Source: Marsupella aquatica
Lineage: Eukaryota; Plantae; Marchantiophyta
DNA length: 64,000 nt
Direction: 5' to 3'
Assembly (NCBI GenBank): GCA_973895155.1
Contig: OZ316892.1
Location: forward strand, 19,913,869-19,977,868
Within the stretch, counting starts at the first letter, position 1, and each line of letters starts with the position of its first letter. The notes below the pieces were generated by a model, which did no database searches, was not told the origin of the DNA, and saw nothing but the letters and a program-made list of their open reading frames with translations. Shown in pieces: positions 34,801 through 60,364 of the stretch. The translations under genes and the position numbers were made by a program.

Positions 34801-36007
34801 TGCAATGTAGGGCAGCCCCTCAAAGGGCTCTAGCCTCACATGGGTGGGGAGGGGGCGGAAGATAGGGGTGTTGGCAAGATGTCATCTAGCTGCATACCTG
34901 AACAATGGTATATTGTATACCATGTGGAAACGCTCTTGTGTAATCACTTTCTCAAAGAGGAATAGGAAACTAAAAAACTCACTAATTATTTATTGACATG
35001 TGGCAAGCAATGAATCATGTGATGACAAATGATATTTTTTGAATTGTTACCTCTTACTTTTTTGCTACTTCTAAGTACTTCCCTACAATAAATAAAAATG
35101 CACACATGATGTCAGTATTTGTGGAAAGGACCCCAATCAATAGAGGCAAAAGTTTTATTGCTCACCTATACAATATCAGTTTTGTCCACCTAAACTATCA
35201 GAGAACACCAATATTCTCTCCACAAGTTTAGTGACAATTTGATGAATTGAGATGACACGACAAATTTAAAAGACTCAAAAGTGGTGATTGAAGATGTTCT
35301 TTCAGTTCTGAGCTATCTTTATTATATAGGTGATATATTGAAATGAATCCAATTGGACAATCAATCTAAAGTGGAAGGACTGAATGGGGCCAGCTTTTAC
35401 ACTCCCAAATTCAGACCCAGCTTTTCACTTCAGATTAGTCCAACAGTCAATATATCTAAATAGGGAGGAGTGGTCTGTGTTGAGCCAGCTGTCCCACTCT
35501 CAGATGATTCAAACTCCTTTGCTGAGTTAGCTTAGTCCATAACTGTCCTCCAAATATGGTTAGATTAACGGTCAAATCCAGAGGCTCGGACCTAAGTTGA
35601 GTAGGCAAGCACAATGTAGGCATCATTCTTATCAGTCGCGTTTGGATGGGATACATGCCAGCAAAATATATAGGATATAGTTTGATTTTACGGGATTGAT
35701 GAATATGACAAATCCTTTCCCATCATTAATTTTCTCTTAGTAACAAAAATGCTACGTTGACATCACAAGAAACGCATGCCCAAAGAAATACTATGTCAAG
35801 ACGGATTTAATGTACCTAAAAGATTTTATGAGAAGCTTACACCAATAACAATAAGGGTGTAGATCAAATACATTGTTGCATTAATTTGGGAGCTAGGGTA
35901 GTTTGTAATGAAACATACTAGACAAGAGGGAGGCCAAAATAAAGAATTTAGGAAGATGGTTTAGAGGCGGAAGTGGCCAAACTACGGGAAAAGGAGGAGG
36001 TCAATCT

Positions 36008-38349
36008 ATCTTACTAATAAAGCGCAAACTGCAGCCTACTCTTCACATTCAAGCTAGGATCTAGAGTGAAGCCTCTAGACCGTAACTCTATGGTTATCAT
36101 GTGCATGGAAAAAACTTATGACATGACTATGATGTATGTACATGCCAGTTTTATGTGATAATTTCTAAATATTTAGATTAAAAAAATATAGGCAATATAT
36201 ATGGCCTCACCACAACATATGTACATAGAACATGGATGTGCATACAAAAATCCTGATGTGCACATCAAGGAGAATGATATATTACATATGACTATTAAAA
36301 TGATGGATTTTTTTATCATTTCATTAACCTTCAAAAAATATGAATAGATAATATATTTTGATAATTCTTTTATTGTCCTCTCCACTATTCACGTTCAAAC
36401 GGGTAGTTGGGGCTAGTGACGGAAATGGGTCCAACCTCTTCAAGAAAATATATAGCATGCTTGCATCGCTCTATGAATAGCCTAAGCTGGATAAGTTATG
36501 AATATTGCAATATATATTCATCCAGGGCCACCACTAGTTGCTTTGTGTTTCATATGTATTTGGAATTTGATTTTGCGCAAAATATATATTAGGATGAATA
36601 ACCAATACCAAATATTTTTGAAAATTGAATCCATTCCTCATATTGAGCTGGGAGTGGCTAACTCACTTACTTCCTTTCTAATGTACAAATGAATATTACT
36701 TAACCTACTTTGTTCTTATTGACAAAGCTTAATATGAGTAATGAATTCAAAACCATATATATAATTAGGAAATTGAATTGGTGGGCCCAGCAAAGAACCT
36801 GACATTCACAATACCCAACAATATTTCATGGTATATCATTGGCAATATAACTGGATGATTTTAGATGCAAATAATCTCAGGACGCGCCATAAATTCATAA
36901 TACTTACCCATCAATATTGCAACAATACCAAACCGTACATTGATAATAAGTGAGGATTCCCCATTTGGCAATAGAATTGTGGATATATGGTTGGGATGCA
37001 TATCATCCCAAAATTATCCATGGCTGTCAAATTACCACTAGGAAACATCAAATTGCTCAAAGAACCAAATCCCACATAATATGTACAGGAAAACAGGGGT
37101 ATTTTCAACCCAATTCCCTAAGATGGTGTCTAGAATCCCCACTTCTTTGTTATTGTACACTGATTTACCAAGTCAACTGAGGAAATCCCCAACTCCCACA
37201 GACATGCATATCCCCTTGTGAATGGTGGCTGGTTTGGTTGTAGACCCTTGTACAAATAAGCCATGTAATTTGGTTTTGATAAAGTTCTTACAAACATATT
37301 AACCATCAATTAGGCCAGTAGGCACATTATGTATATGTCGCTTATATCTTCTTCTTCAAAAAGTGGTTAGTACTATTTAGCCGTGACAAACCAATTAGTT
37401 TGAGCTTTTGTTTTGAGGTTTTATTTCCACAAAAATGACATATCACACACAACAAAAAATAGAGTCATTTTATTGGTTGAAATGAAAAACTTAAGAATTT
37501 TCTCAGAATAACAATAAGATCTTTTAAATACAATTTTGAGAGTTATAAGAGCATTATGGTGCTTCTAATTAACCACTTTTTTGGAATAAATATTCTACAA
37601 GTATTTTAAATTTATAGGGATTGAAATTTTATTTTATTTTTTACATTTTAGGAGGTCCTAGACCTAAGAACATCACAAATAATGAGAAAGCCTCCATATA
37701 GTTCCATATAGTGATAATGCGGTCCAAGCCTCCATATAGTTCCATATAGTGAGACTACCAAGCTTTTGCTTCACAAGTGAAAAGCCAGAATGCCTTACCG
37801 AAGACTGTCCAGTAACAAGACTATAGACTGCCCAGCAACACAACTGAGGGAAGATCACTGTCGAGCAACACAACTAAGACTCAGGGGAGATGTCACAGGA
37901 GACCGCTGGTTAGGTGTATTTTCTTGAGAGGTTGGACCCATTTCCGTCACTGTCTAGCCCCGACTACCCGTTTGAACGTGAATAGCGGAGAGGACAATAA
38001 AAGAATTATCAAAACATATTTTTTTAAAGTTAATGAAATGATAAAAAAAATCCATCATTTTAATAGTCATATGTAATATATCATTCTCCTTGATGTGCAC
38101 TGTATCAGGGTTTTTGTATGCACATCCATGTTCTATGTACATATGTTGTGGTGAGGCCATATATATTGCCTATATTTTTTTAATCTAAATATTTAGAAAT
38201 TATCACATAAAATTGGCATGTACATACATCATAGTCATGTCATAAGTTTTTCTCATGCACATGATGACCATAGAGTTACATTCTAGAGGCTTCACTCTAG
38301 ATCCTAGCTTGTGAAGAGTAGGCTACAGTTCCCGCTTTATTAGTAAGAT
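36008..38349. mobile_element. Foldback-like structure with ~440-bp inverted arms
   Basis: 36008-36450 is the reverse complement of 37917-38349 with few mismatches; non-coding spacer; a degenerate copy of the arm end lies at ~62086-62152. Confidence 0.75.
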
Positions 38350-38543
38350 TCTTCTGAGAGTGTTTGGTACATGATCAAATTAATTAATGGCTTGGAGTCT
38401 TTGAAGGCTTGTTCATATCTGCTACAAAAGTCCACTACTTATATATTTGCACCAATAATTATGAATCGTAAGTAAATTTAATGATACTTAATTAGCTTTC
38501 ACTTTTATGAATAAAGTGTCCTAGCTTATTAAGTCTATGTAGT

Positions 38544-38709
38544 CTAATTTATTTGAGAGTTAGTAATTAGATACCTGATTAATCACGGGTAAGATCTTCT
38601 GCAGATAAGACTAACTCTCAAATAAGTTAATTAGACTATACTGATAAGTTTGTCTTATCTGCACAAGATCTGACTTACCCGTGATTAATCAGGTAACTTA
38701 TTATTTGAG
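38544..38709. repeat. Short nested inverted repeats (hairpin/MITE-like remnant)
   Basis: TACCTGATTAATCACGGGTAAG...CAGATAAGAC (~38571-38610) versus GTCTTATCTG...CTTACCCGTGATTAATCAGGTA (~38652-38695). Confidence 0.6.
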
Positions 38710-38851
38710 AGAAGTTTTGCTCTTGTAGCAATAGTTTAGCTTATAAGGGTTGCACTTCCCTTTGTCTTACTCTAGTCCACAAAACAAAATGGAATAATGT
38801 TTGTGTATTCAAACAAGTCTACTGACATAGCCAAAGACCTTTAGGAATTAG

Positions 38852-40200
38852 GTCGAGACCTGATGCGAGGAGGGTACCCTCCCGTTTCAGGTTCATTTGC
38901 GCGCGGCGCGGTCATAATTACCAGATCCCGTTCGTGCTGCATTACCTTCTTTTCAGGAGTTTTTATCCTTGGACCCCATCCGTCTTCAGGCAGACCTCGT
39001 TGGGCGTATGCACGCTTTCACCCTTTCCAGCATCCTCTCCGAGGCACCTGACACGGACCGAGCTCGGATTCTTTCTTCTGGAGGGAAGGGCGCAGGAGGA
39101 TGGCTTCAGGCCAATCCAGTCATTCCTCATTTGCGGATGTCTTCAGCGGAGTTCTCCACAGCCATGCATCTTCGTATGGGGTTGCCCCATCCACTTCTTG
39201 CAGGTTTACCTCCTTCGTGCACTTGTGGAAAGCCTTGTGATGCCACAGGTGTCCATCTTCTTCGGTGCAGTTTGGGAGGTGAAACCATTATTGTTCACGA
39301 TGCTGTGCGAGATGCGACTACTCAGGTTCTCTCTGGCTCTTTGGTATGTGTGCGGCGGGAGGTGGTACTCAAGTTACCTGGTCCTCCATCACAGCGGTTA
39401 CGGGTGAATCTTACCATGGTCCGGGAGGGTCAACGTACTTTGGCAAATGTAGTGGTGGCAAACCCATTGCGCCAAGACATCCTTGGGACAGCGGCAACAA
39501 CGGCAAGGGCAGCAGCGTCACATGCGGCAACAACAAAGGAGGCCAAATATGCTGCACGAGCTTCATCCGACAACTTCCTCCCCCTTGCTCTGGAGCTATT
39601 CGGGCGTCTTCATCCTCAGTTTGATGGGCTTCTTCGGCAAGCTGCCCGGGATGTTCATGGCTGAATGGGTCCCACCGGACCCCCGCTATCTGTTTTGACC
39701 ACGCACTTTCGCCAACGCATTTCAGTCACCTTACAGCGTGCTCAAGCTCGGGCCATCTATCGTCGATCTCTTAGAGTGGGTGCTAGTGTGCCTCCGCAGC
39801 GGCTAGCTCCCCTAGAGTATGTTCCAATCCCACTTGCCGATCTAGTTTTGACCCTTGATGTGGTCCATTAGCTGTTTGCCACATTTGCTAGGAATGATGA
39901 GGACCTCGGTCCGTTTGGGTTAGTTTTAGTCCCTCTTTCTTGGTTTTTAGGGGTTCCCTATTGCTCATTTCTTACTTTTAGTTCCTCTTTATTGGTGTTT
40001 AGAGTTTCCCTTTTGTTCACTTCTTTTACGTTTGGTTTTGTACATTTGGACCCTCTTTTGTTTGTTCTTTTGTACTCTGTTTTGTACACTTGGACCCTCT
40101 TTTGTTTGTTCTTTTGTACTCTGATTTGTACACTTGGACCCTCTTTTGTTTGTTCTTTTGTACTTTGTTTGGTCCTTCTATAAAGGTCCTTCTATAAAAA
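38852..40200 (+). mobile_element. 5'-truncated RLE-type (CRE-like) non-LTR retrotransposon
   Basis: AGGWL.A.P...F..A..LRMGLP, CTCG...DATGVHLLRC zinc finger, HDAVRD, KEAKY, FLPLALELFGRL, RISVTLQRAQA; 3' UTR with ~43-bp tandem repeats and a short A tract. Confidence 0.75.
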
Positions 40201-40796
40201 GTGTGTATATTAAAACTTTAGGAATGTATTCTAATTTCTCATAAAATTTCCTGTCGTCGTCTAATTGTCCTACCATGTAAATTTTAATTTAATCTGATGA
40301 AAAGGAAACGGTCCCAGAGCAAGCCGGTTGCGCGTGCATGGTCCCAACATAATTGTCAAAACACGCCTACCTAAAAGATAGGTGGATCATGACGAATCTA
40401 GCAAAACAATTGCCATATGAGAAACTTTCAACTACGCCGTAGTCATGCTTCTCCCACGTAATAGATTCTCCAAGCCCAGTAGTTCTTTGGTCAAACTTCG
40501 TAGTCTGAGAGCTCCTACGTCCCAAGCTCTCAAGTCCTCAAGCCCAGTACTTGCGTAGGGATGGGATGATTCGTTGCCTGAGAGCTGCCGCGTCACAAGC
40601 GGACCAACCAGCAAAGCAACAATAAGAACATCGATTGCTTCGATTGTCATCTGTGGAATTGCCTGCGACGAGACTTGCCAGATCCAACCAAGAACAAGAA
40701 GAACATCGATTGCTTCAATTCTCGCTTCAATTGTGGTGGGTGGAAGACTCGCTAGATCCATCACTCCACTATATTATTTTGTATCGTTTCACAGCG

Positions 40797-43700
40797 ATGA
40801 CGATGTGCATGGCAGTCTCTGGAAATGCGTCAGTCTTTGGCCGTGAGCAGGGCTTGCGGCAGCGATTGTGGCCGGCCAAATCAGTGCCAAAGTCGGCGCC
40901 CGTGGTCATCAAGTCGCTTCTTTGGGTGCGAGCTACGGCCTCGACAGCGTCCAATCGAAAGCGGCGAGCCGAGAATGTTGAGGGCGAATTTTACGTTGGT
41001 AATTTCTTATTTTGTTGCTGACACTTCGGAGTTTTGGATTGCTACTGCTTAACAAGCTTAAAAATTGCCGAAGCCAAAAGCCAACGCTAAATTTTGACCT
41101 CCAGATCGTGGTGCATCGAAGCCTTGATTTTACAACTCCTGAGTAGCCAATCGTTCGTGATGGTCCGATTTTGCGACAGAGTTGCGAGATTTAGAATGAT
41201 ATGGCTGATGATCTCATATAGGACATATAGCTCTTCTCCTTCCAACGCGGACGATCTTTACACTTTGCCCGTTTGGTTATGGTTTTTCAGTTTCGCTGCT
41301 CACCACTCTAGCGTGTTGAGTCTTTCAAGACGTCTTTCAAGATACTATAGAAGATATTTTGTTTGTTTACGTCTTCCATGAGACTTCTAAAGTTGACCCT
41401 CGATCGTACTTAGTCCACCGTCGCAATATTACTATAGTACTATAGCATATTATTTGAATCCAATATATGATGAGATTATATCTGCACATGGACATTTACT
41501 TGCAGAGATGTTTAATTGAGCTCATGAGGTTAGAATCTCAGCAGTGTAACCAGAATTGTCATGAGTCACGAATAAGGTGCCGATGAGTGTTGATAACTTG
41601 ATGTGAAATCCCAATTACACTCTTTTGTATGAAATCATTAATAGGATTGCCTTTGCTAATGCTTTGGCAGACCTGGCGTGCATTAATTGTGACACCTGCC
41701 GGTGGATGACCCCTGTGAGTACTAAAGTTTAGAAATTAGCGCTATTCGCGTGACACATTTTACAAATAGCCTTAGTTGACCGTGCGCAAAGTTTGAAGAG
41801 ATATGAGACCTTCCAACCTTCTGACCCTCTAGTCGCTTAGCTCTAGCCATGAGTTTCCTGCCTCTCTTTCAATTCATTAAGCTTAGTTTCTAATTCGTTT
41901 GCTCAAGCTGTTGGTAAAGCTTGTCTTGGACTCTTGACACTACCGGTCCATATTTTTAGTCTAACAAGGGTTTGCTGCTGTACAGACGGTCTTCTTACAA
42001 AAGAATCACCAATCAGCCGTGTACCACCAACCCACCTCGCAAGAAGAAAAGTTCAAGGCACTTCAGGTGGGCATTTGACATGAAATCAATATCATAATGA
42101 GGAAGGATGATGGCTATTCCACAGAAATCAATCCTTTATTTGTCTTCTAAAAGGACTGTAATACGTCGTGTCTTGTGACAGACGGGTCTAGCTATATGAA
42201 ATCTTCGATCACTTATGACAGTCATCTTGTCGTCTGTAGTTTAGAACACGGTTGACTTAAATATGAGAATAAAGAATGGTCGCATGGTTTGCTTTATTTT
42301 GGTTAGAGTGAGTTAACGTTCAGAGGACTATTATGGCTAGAGTGAGTTAATCGTTTTCACACGATTGAGTTCATCTGCGACAAATGGTCATTATTTGTTA
42401 AAAATGTGCTAAGATCTTAGCAACTCACTGTTGTCGTGATAAACTTCAGGCATTGCTAGCGTGTCCCACATCCTCTATTCATACGGTGAATCCGCCAACG
42501 GACATTGTTCAAGTTCAAAAATCGTTCCCTTTGCCGGTTGATGCAAATTTGCCGGTAGTAACTGAATCCGCAGAAACATTATCAGCATAAATTTTTTGTT
42601 TTGTTTACCCTTTTAGCAAGCTTAAGCAAGTATTATGAAACCATCTGCCTTAAGGCACAAATGCTCTCTTCAAGATAGAATATGCTAGTTCCCTCACATA
42701 TGCCGAAGGACCTGTGAGTATTCAGTTCTCTGGTTTCTGCAAAGCTTAGAGATACCCAAAATAGGTACATCAATTAAGGTCCAAAATCTTCATTCTAAAT
42801 TTGAATTCTAGGCTCTGAGCAATGAAATTTTTACTCAGGGAATATATCATTGTGGATACCACTCGTGGGGTGCAACAACGTACTTTATTACGAGACCAGA
42901 GGGGAACATTATTATTGACAGGTTTGCTTTCTTCCTTACGACTCATGATCGCACATGACATTAGTAGAGGCACAGCCCCTCATCTCTGTTGTGTGAATAT
43001 CAGAAATTTTATTTTGACTCTAATTGTATGTCTATAAATATTGTGACTAGTAGAAGCATTCAAGTGGGACAACCCTGTAAATCTACAAAAGTGACCGATC
43101 GATATAATTTCAGCGTACGCGTGTATAATTTGCATCTGTGTTATACGGCTGTGTATATTCTCATCGTACGCGTGTATTCAAATCGTCGTCAAACGGGAAA
43201 GGATAAGTAAGGTAATCTACATGCTTATCACATGTCTTTTGTTTGACTGCTGTATATGGGGTTATTTGCTCCTTCAGCCCCCGGTACTCGGAGCCCTTAG
43301 CAAAGCGACTGGAAGATCTTGGTGGTGTACGTTACTTGTTTCTCACACACAGGTACTTGCAGGTGTCCTGAAATTTTGCATCAATTGAGATCGAGTTATC
43401 TTTTTCACTGAGCTGTTACCATGAGGAAACGTCTGAGCTCGATTTGATGTGATTAATGGGCAGAGATAATGCTGCCGATCACAAAAAATGGCAGTCAAGG
43501 TTTAATCTTGAGCGTATTTTACATGAAGACGAGGTCAGTCTGTTTGCTTCCACTTGAATGCATTGAAGTCCCTGATAACGGCTTAGTTTTGGACAGGTGA
43601 CACTGCTGTGAACGGCTCCAATAAAGTTCATGTCTTGGGTTTGGGGTTTAGGGTTCAGTCCATAACCGCCTAGATTTGACGAGGTTATTCAAAAATTTCA

Positions 43701-44993
43701 GTCTTCTTCGTACATAACAGGGACTTGCTATAGTCAGGGATGCTTGACCACCTTTTCTCAAAAAGCTTTTCTAATAGAAATGTTCGGGCAATGTTCTTGC
43801 CGCTGTTAATATATCATGTAGAACTCGACTAAAGTGTTTCTCCTCACAATGACAGTTGTACCATGACAGGTCACTCCCGACACTGAGGATGTGGAAACAA
43901 AATTGAAAGGCGAGGGAAACTGGACCCTAGGACCAAACGTAGACCTCGTCTTCACTCCTGGTCATACAGAGGTAAAATTGTTTTGGACAAAACTTGTCGC
44001 TGTTGTACCGTGGTGCATTCTAAGTCTTCTTCTGTTGTCAGTATTTGGATGTGGTCATTCATTTAGTTACATGACAACCTCGAGGATACAAGAACCGGGA
44101 CAAGAAAGGGGATTACTGTTAATAGACCACCACGAAGACAACAAAGCAGAGAGGGATCGGTGTGAATCTCTGGCTCCTGTGAACGAGATGTTGGAAAAAT
44201 ATTGAATAGGCAACGAAAACTGCAACAATTAATGACGCAAAATTCTACTTGCAAGTTCGCACATCTTTTACAATGCGCAATAGGAAAGTTGTACATCTGA
44301 TCCAAGTCATTGCAATCTGATATAATCGGGTAAGGGGTAATTGAGTTTGTGAAACAGGGTCATGTTTGTCTTCTCCTCAAGGAAGAAGGAGTCCTTTTTA
44401 CTGGAGATCATTGTTGGGCATCCCCAGATGGTGAATTCATGCTCGGACTTTATAACAAACACTCGAGTAAGCCCAATTAAATCTTGACAACACACTCGAT
44501 CCATATTGTCATTGCTGCAGCTTTAATAATTTGGGACAGCGATTACAAGTTTGTTTGGGGCTGTTCAATGTCCCCGAGTCATTGACTTCCAGTGAAACAT
44601 AAACATAGATATGTGAATGAATATGTTTGGACCGTCAAAGAACTCTTTTATGATCTGTGAAACCTGTTTTGCAGTGTCCCTACAAACTGACAATTTAGAG
44701 GCTCTAATGTCCCATGACTTTACGTGGGTACTTCCAGGTGAGACTTAGATTGTCATACTTTCCTTCAAATTATGTGTGCTAATCTTTCTGCTGACAACTT
44801 CGAACTTGAAAATCTCAATTGCAAGATGTTATTATTCTTTCAAAACAGACGTCAGCGGAAAGTGAATGTTCTTTTCCTCATGCGGCTTTATTTTTCAGGG
44901 CATGGACGAAGGAAACACTTTCACTCTGTCCAGGCGAAGAACGATGCTGTCATTGAAGTTGTATCTCGAGAAAGGAGTTACCAGAGGCAGTAA
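40797..44993 (+). CDS. Ferredoxin (4Fe-4S-like)-metallo-beta-lactamase fusion protein, probable plastid transit peptide; ~11 exons
   Basis: Spliced by eye over GT-AG introns: GEFYV|DLACINCDTCRWMTP|...ALLACPTSSIH...|GIYHCGYHSWGATTY...|FLTHR|DNAADH...TPGHTE|GHVC...FTGDH...LPG|HGRR...stop at 44993. Confidence 0.85.
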
Positions 44994-47900
44994 ATAATTA
45001 TCTCTGGTCAACGAGGAGGAGCTGGTGACAACATTCACCACTTCTTGAAAGAAATAGATTCTCGGATCTTCTCACAAACAAGGTTATCTCACTTGGAGGC
45101 TTATTGACTAGACCCATGTCGCCTGGCCTTCTTCAACTGTGTTTCGAGCAATTCTAACTTGTACCATGTGTCCATATCTTTTAGCACAGTGAGCCTAACC
45201 CAATTTACATGACTGCGTTACTTTAATATAAATCCCAATTTCATTGTATCGTATTGGACCCTGGGTCAGGCATGTTCCGTGAAAAGTGGGCATACAGCTC
45301 TCAGTTCCTCAAAGATCGGTCCATGGTTGATCTTCTCTCTTTTCGCTAACAATCATCCCTGACTTCAGTGTGTATGCGTAAATTTACTGGTTTGGCCCAG
45401 TTGTGCTACTATTTATCGAAGAAAGTGCCTAGTACCATCCCAATGTGAGATATCCCACTGCACTTCCAGTGTGTCAAAACTATTTGGAGTTAACTATAGT
45501 GCTTATCGGTCGATTTGATCCCAGATCGTCTCGTCTTTTCCATGAAAGTAGCCTGTCTTAATATTACCAACAGAGTTGTGATCAAGTAGAGTAAATAATG
45601 CAATCTCGGAGTCAGGGGACCCGTGTGCGGCAAGAGAAAAGGGATGAACACCAGAGACGCCGCCAATGGATGTGCCAATGGGATATAGCATGTTCATCCT
45701 GGAACGCGCTGCAGTTCAAGGATAGATATATATCGAGCGATTTTCTGTGGTGCATTCCGAGTGGTCGCTCAAGTTCTCTACTAATTTTGTTTCGTACGTC
45801 GGTGTTTCCCCTGCACGCCAACAGATAGGTGTGTGCCCTAAGGGTACTGCTGTACTAAACACTCCATGACCAGAGCACAATTATCATCTTCCTCTTGACG
45901 GGCACGTTTGCTTCAATCAAGCTGGCTCTCAATTTTGGGGTAACTTTCAAGAAACAGATTTGGAACTGTAGAAAACTTCACCCTGCTTCTACAGTCGAGA
46001 GAATAGTTCATAGTCGAGAGACTAGTTCATCTGGCGGTCAGAAACGAATGTACTAATTTACTACTAGAGACAACCCGAAAGGAAATAGATATTATCTTAA
46101 AGTTTACATCGTTGTTTCATTTGTGTCAAGCCTATAACCCATAACTTGTACAGTATATGGAAGGGGGTCTGAGGGGGGTTGCCGTGGGTTCAGGCTATCC
46201 AGTAAAGACTTGCCACATGGCAGCGGAACCCCTATATGAGTTAATACTAACCCAAATACGAAATGGGGCACAGGTTGATAATTAATTTTGTTTGGAAAGC
46301 ATGTTAGTAATATTGGGTAGTTTGGGGGACAGGTTAGTAAAAAGCTGTAATACTCAAATCAAGCTCAAATGAGAATTGCCACCTCCAGGTTTTTGAGTGC
46401 ATGCAAGCTGCCATGATCTCACTTGACAGTAAAGATGTTTGTTTCTGAAGTGTGGAAACAGGATGCTCAAAGGTGCAAAGGTTAGGGTTCCAAGGATTGG
46501 TTGCCATATCCGCCTTATTAGTTGTGTCCCAAAGCTCAAAACTTCAAGTACAGTAAATCACAACTACCCATATGTAAGTGGGAAGTGTCCCAGACTTTAA
46601 TCTCCCTTTTTTTCACATGCCACACACTTCTTTCCTCTTAGGTACCAGTCTGCTTCAAGATTTCAGGAAACTTTTCTTGTTTCTAGTAAAATTTGGTTCC
46701 TACTGGTAACCTGCCAAGAGTGATCACCCATATTGATGCAACTTTGAGAGGCCCTGTTGATACATGCAAAGCCATCACCCATACCAATGAGCTTTTGGAG
46801 GCCCTATTGATATATGAAAATCCAGTGATCAATTGGACTTACAAGGTGAGGACACTCATCACTAAGTTATGCCTTCCTTACAGCGTACTAAGTTATGCCT
46901 TCTTTACTAGGGTGTACAACCGTGTCACTGACATTTTGCAAAACAATGGTCATTGTGAGCAGTTATCCATTCTCTCCAATTTCATGAAAAGGGGGTTTTA
47001 TTTTTAAATTTTGGCCACAAATGAAGGAATACTTTTCTAGGGCCATCAAACATGAAGTGAAGCAAGCCTGCCAAAAGGTGGCAGACAAGGCCAAGATGCC
47101 AACCAACCACCTATAGGACTTCAGAACCATAGCAATGCTAGAGGCATTTCAGGAATGTACTACCACTTACCCAACCATTGGTAAAGCATTAAATTAAATA
47201 AAAAGCTTGGTTCGGGGTTTGGTTCAGATGGGCTTCAATCACTCACAGCTTGAGGGATGGAATGGCTCTAACTTTTTAGGATATGCATCCTGGAACATAC
47301 TTCATTTTTTATCTTGTAATGTAGGTAAATGACTGTTGCATAGTAATTGACAGCATTGAGTGAGAGAAGTACAGCACATGCCAAATACAAGTTAGTACAT
47401 TTCACATAATCATGACCAGGAAAAGTATAAGTACACAAGTCTTGAAAAATTGTGCATTATAGTTACAGATTCTCACTTGCCCTAAACAGTTACACTCAAA
47501 TCAATCAAAAACTGTGCACATATCTCTAATGTTTTATGACACTACAGTAATAAGTTCAGCATGATATCAGCATGCCAAAATAGCTGTAATGTTTTAGGAC
47601 ACTACAACAAATATGAGTTCAGCATGATGTGAGCCTGCCCTGCCTTGTTTTGAGGATGTTGCAGAGGCTCAAGGCAAGGCATTCTGGAACATATCCTGCA
47701 GCTTGAACATTTTAAGTGCTTATCAGCTTCTTCTTTTCTATTTAGGGTAGGGGCGGGATGTTAGCCAAATCCCTACCTTAAATATTGGGTAGCTACTGCT
47801 ACAGAGAAGAAAATAAGTTTGTGTGACTAAACTTACCAAAACCTTAGACCACTCAACTCAAGGTCTGACAGTCCTTACATCTAAGGCTCATGGAAATGTG

Positions 47901-48810
47901 ACAGAAAAATTACGATAACATGTACCTCCCAAGGCAGGGAAGGAGTAGACACTCCTCCTTCCCAACTTTATTTAGTCTACCCATGTCTCCCAAGGGCACA
48001 CTGAATCTTACTATACAAATGCAAACTAAAGCCTACTAACCTAGGTCTAGAGGGAAGCCAATGCAAACTAAAGCCTGACAAAACTTAAAATGAGGATAGA
48101 CAAAAGTGTGACTAATAAAGACAAAACTGAAATGAAGGTGAGGGTGAACATTAGGCAAATATTAACCAAAATAACATTAAAACATTATTGTGCAATGTTT
48201 TTTTTCCATATCTACTAACATTCATTGCACAGGTATTAGGGCTAGTTTATAGAAATATCATAAAGATATGCTTTTGGGCTTCTTCAGTTTTGGGCTGTGT
48301 ACTATTCATCCACTTTTATAGGAAGCAGTTACTTGCAGGTATAACTGCAATTTTTGACCTTAACTGCGAGACAATTCTCTTTATGTTTTACCTGCAGGAA
48401 GGAATTTTTGAAAACCTCCGTCCACAGTCTATCATCATTTGTTTAGAAGTCATTGCTGAAACCAACACATACTTCTCAAAGGTGATGGTCGGGGGAAGAT
48501 ACGTCGTGATCTAATTCAATTTATTATACAGAAAAATTGTGGAGCATTTGAGGGCCTCACTCTTTAGAGACCTCAAAATCTTAATGACCAACCACTACTC
48601 TGCTATCTACATGCCTCCTTGGTAGTGAAGGGCTCATTCTCACCCCATCAACCTCCCAACCCACTATCAATCAATATGCTGACATCCTTCGCATTACTAG
48701 TACCAAGAGCACCAGAATTCTGGAGGTATCACTGTATCTTCCCAGCAAGATAGTTTGGGATCAAATGTGCAAGGCGGTGCTCACAGCACCAGTTTTAAAC
48801 AACAAATGCA

Positions 48811-59376
<10,566 letters not shown>

Positions 59377-60364
59377 CCCTCCCTCCCTCCCACAAATATT
59401 ACCGAAACCTCACCAAAATCCTCCACATCCAGCCAAAAACAATTCCAAACTCCGTGCCAAAATACTACGTCGTCCCCCAGACTCCGAAAAATCATCCACA
59501 ACTTCAAAATGCCATTGCTCCAATCGACCTTTCGTGGTCGAGAAACCACGAGCCACAAGTCTAGGGTTTATGGAATCCTCTCGCGGAGTGGCTGCACACA
59601 ATGCCGATGAAAAGAGGGGCGCTGGACCAGAACAGAATGTCGACCAAAGTACGAAAGAGTTCGAGTCCCCTCTCCCGAATCCTTGGACGAATTGCAGCAC
59701 TCTCCGAAAGCACCGCGTCCCCTGCTGGCGGCGGATGCGGGCATCGGGACCAGACGTACTATGGAAGCTTTTGAACGTATCCGGAGAACGTTATGGAAAA
59801 GGTGTGTGTGCGTGGGGGCTGTTTCCTTTCAGACTGAACCGCGTATAAGTGCAGTGTGCGGATAAGTGCATTATGTGGATTCCGTGCATGCATTAGGTCT
59901 TCCCCCAAAAATTACAACAACAACAAAATATTGTAAATGCACCCAAATGCAAGTTGCATAAGTGCAGGTAGACACTCACTGAACAGCATAATATTGGCAC
60001 TAAATGATAAATACATAAGTGCATTTCTATCTACAAGAGTACACATGTTCTTATCAGTTACTGCAATGCATACATAAGAAGCATTTATTGGTAAGTGCAG
60101 CAAACAATCACATAATGTAGTTTCATGCACTTTTCCAGCTGAAATCTGAAATATGACGGCTTGGGGTATGCAAAGTCCAATGTTTGTGATCAGAAACACA
60201 ACAAGAAATGCATAAGTGATTTTCCATGCACTTGTTAGATAGTGTTGACTTTACACATATGGATAACTGCATAATAGATGTCCCCCTGCACTTATAACAT
60301 AGTGAATTCCTTGGATAAGTGGTGTGGTGTCTTCTTGGGAGCTTGCACTTAGACACAGTTCACT

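Noticed and set aside
45490-47200. Short ORF-like or exon-like fragments between the MBL and ISWI genes
   Set aside because: No recognisable domain or coherent gene model; probably decayed TE or gene fragments.
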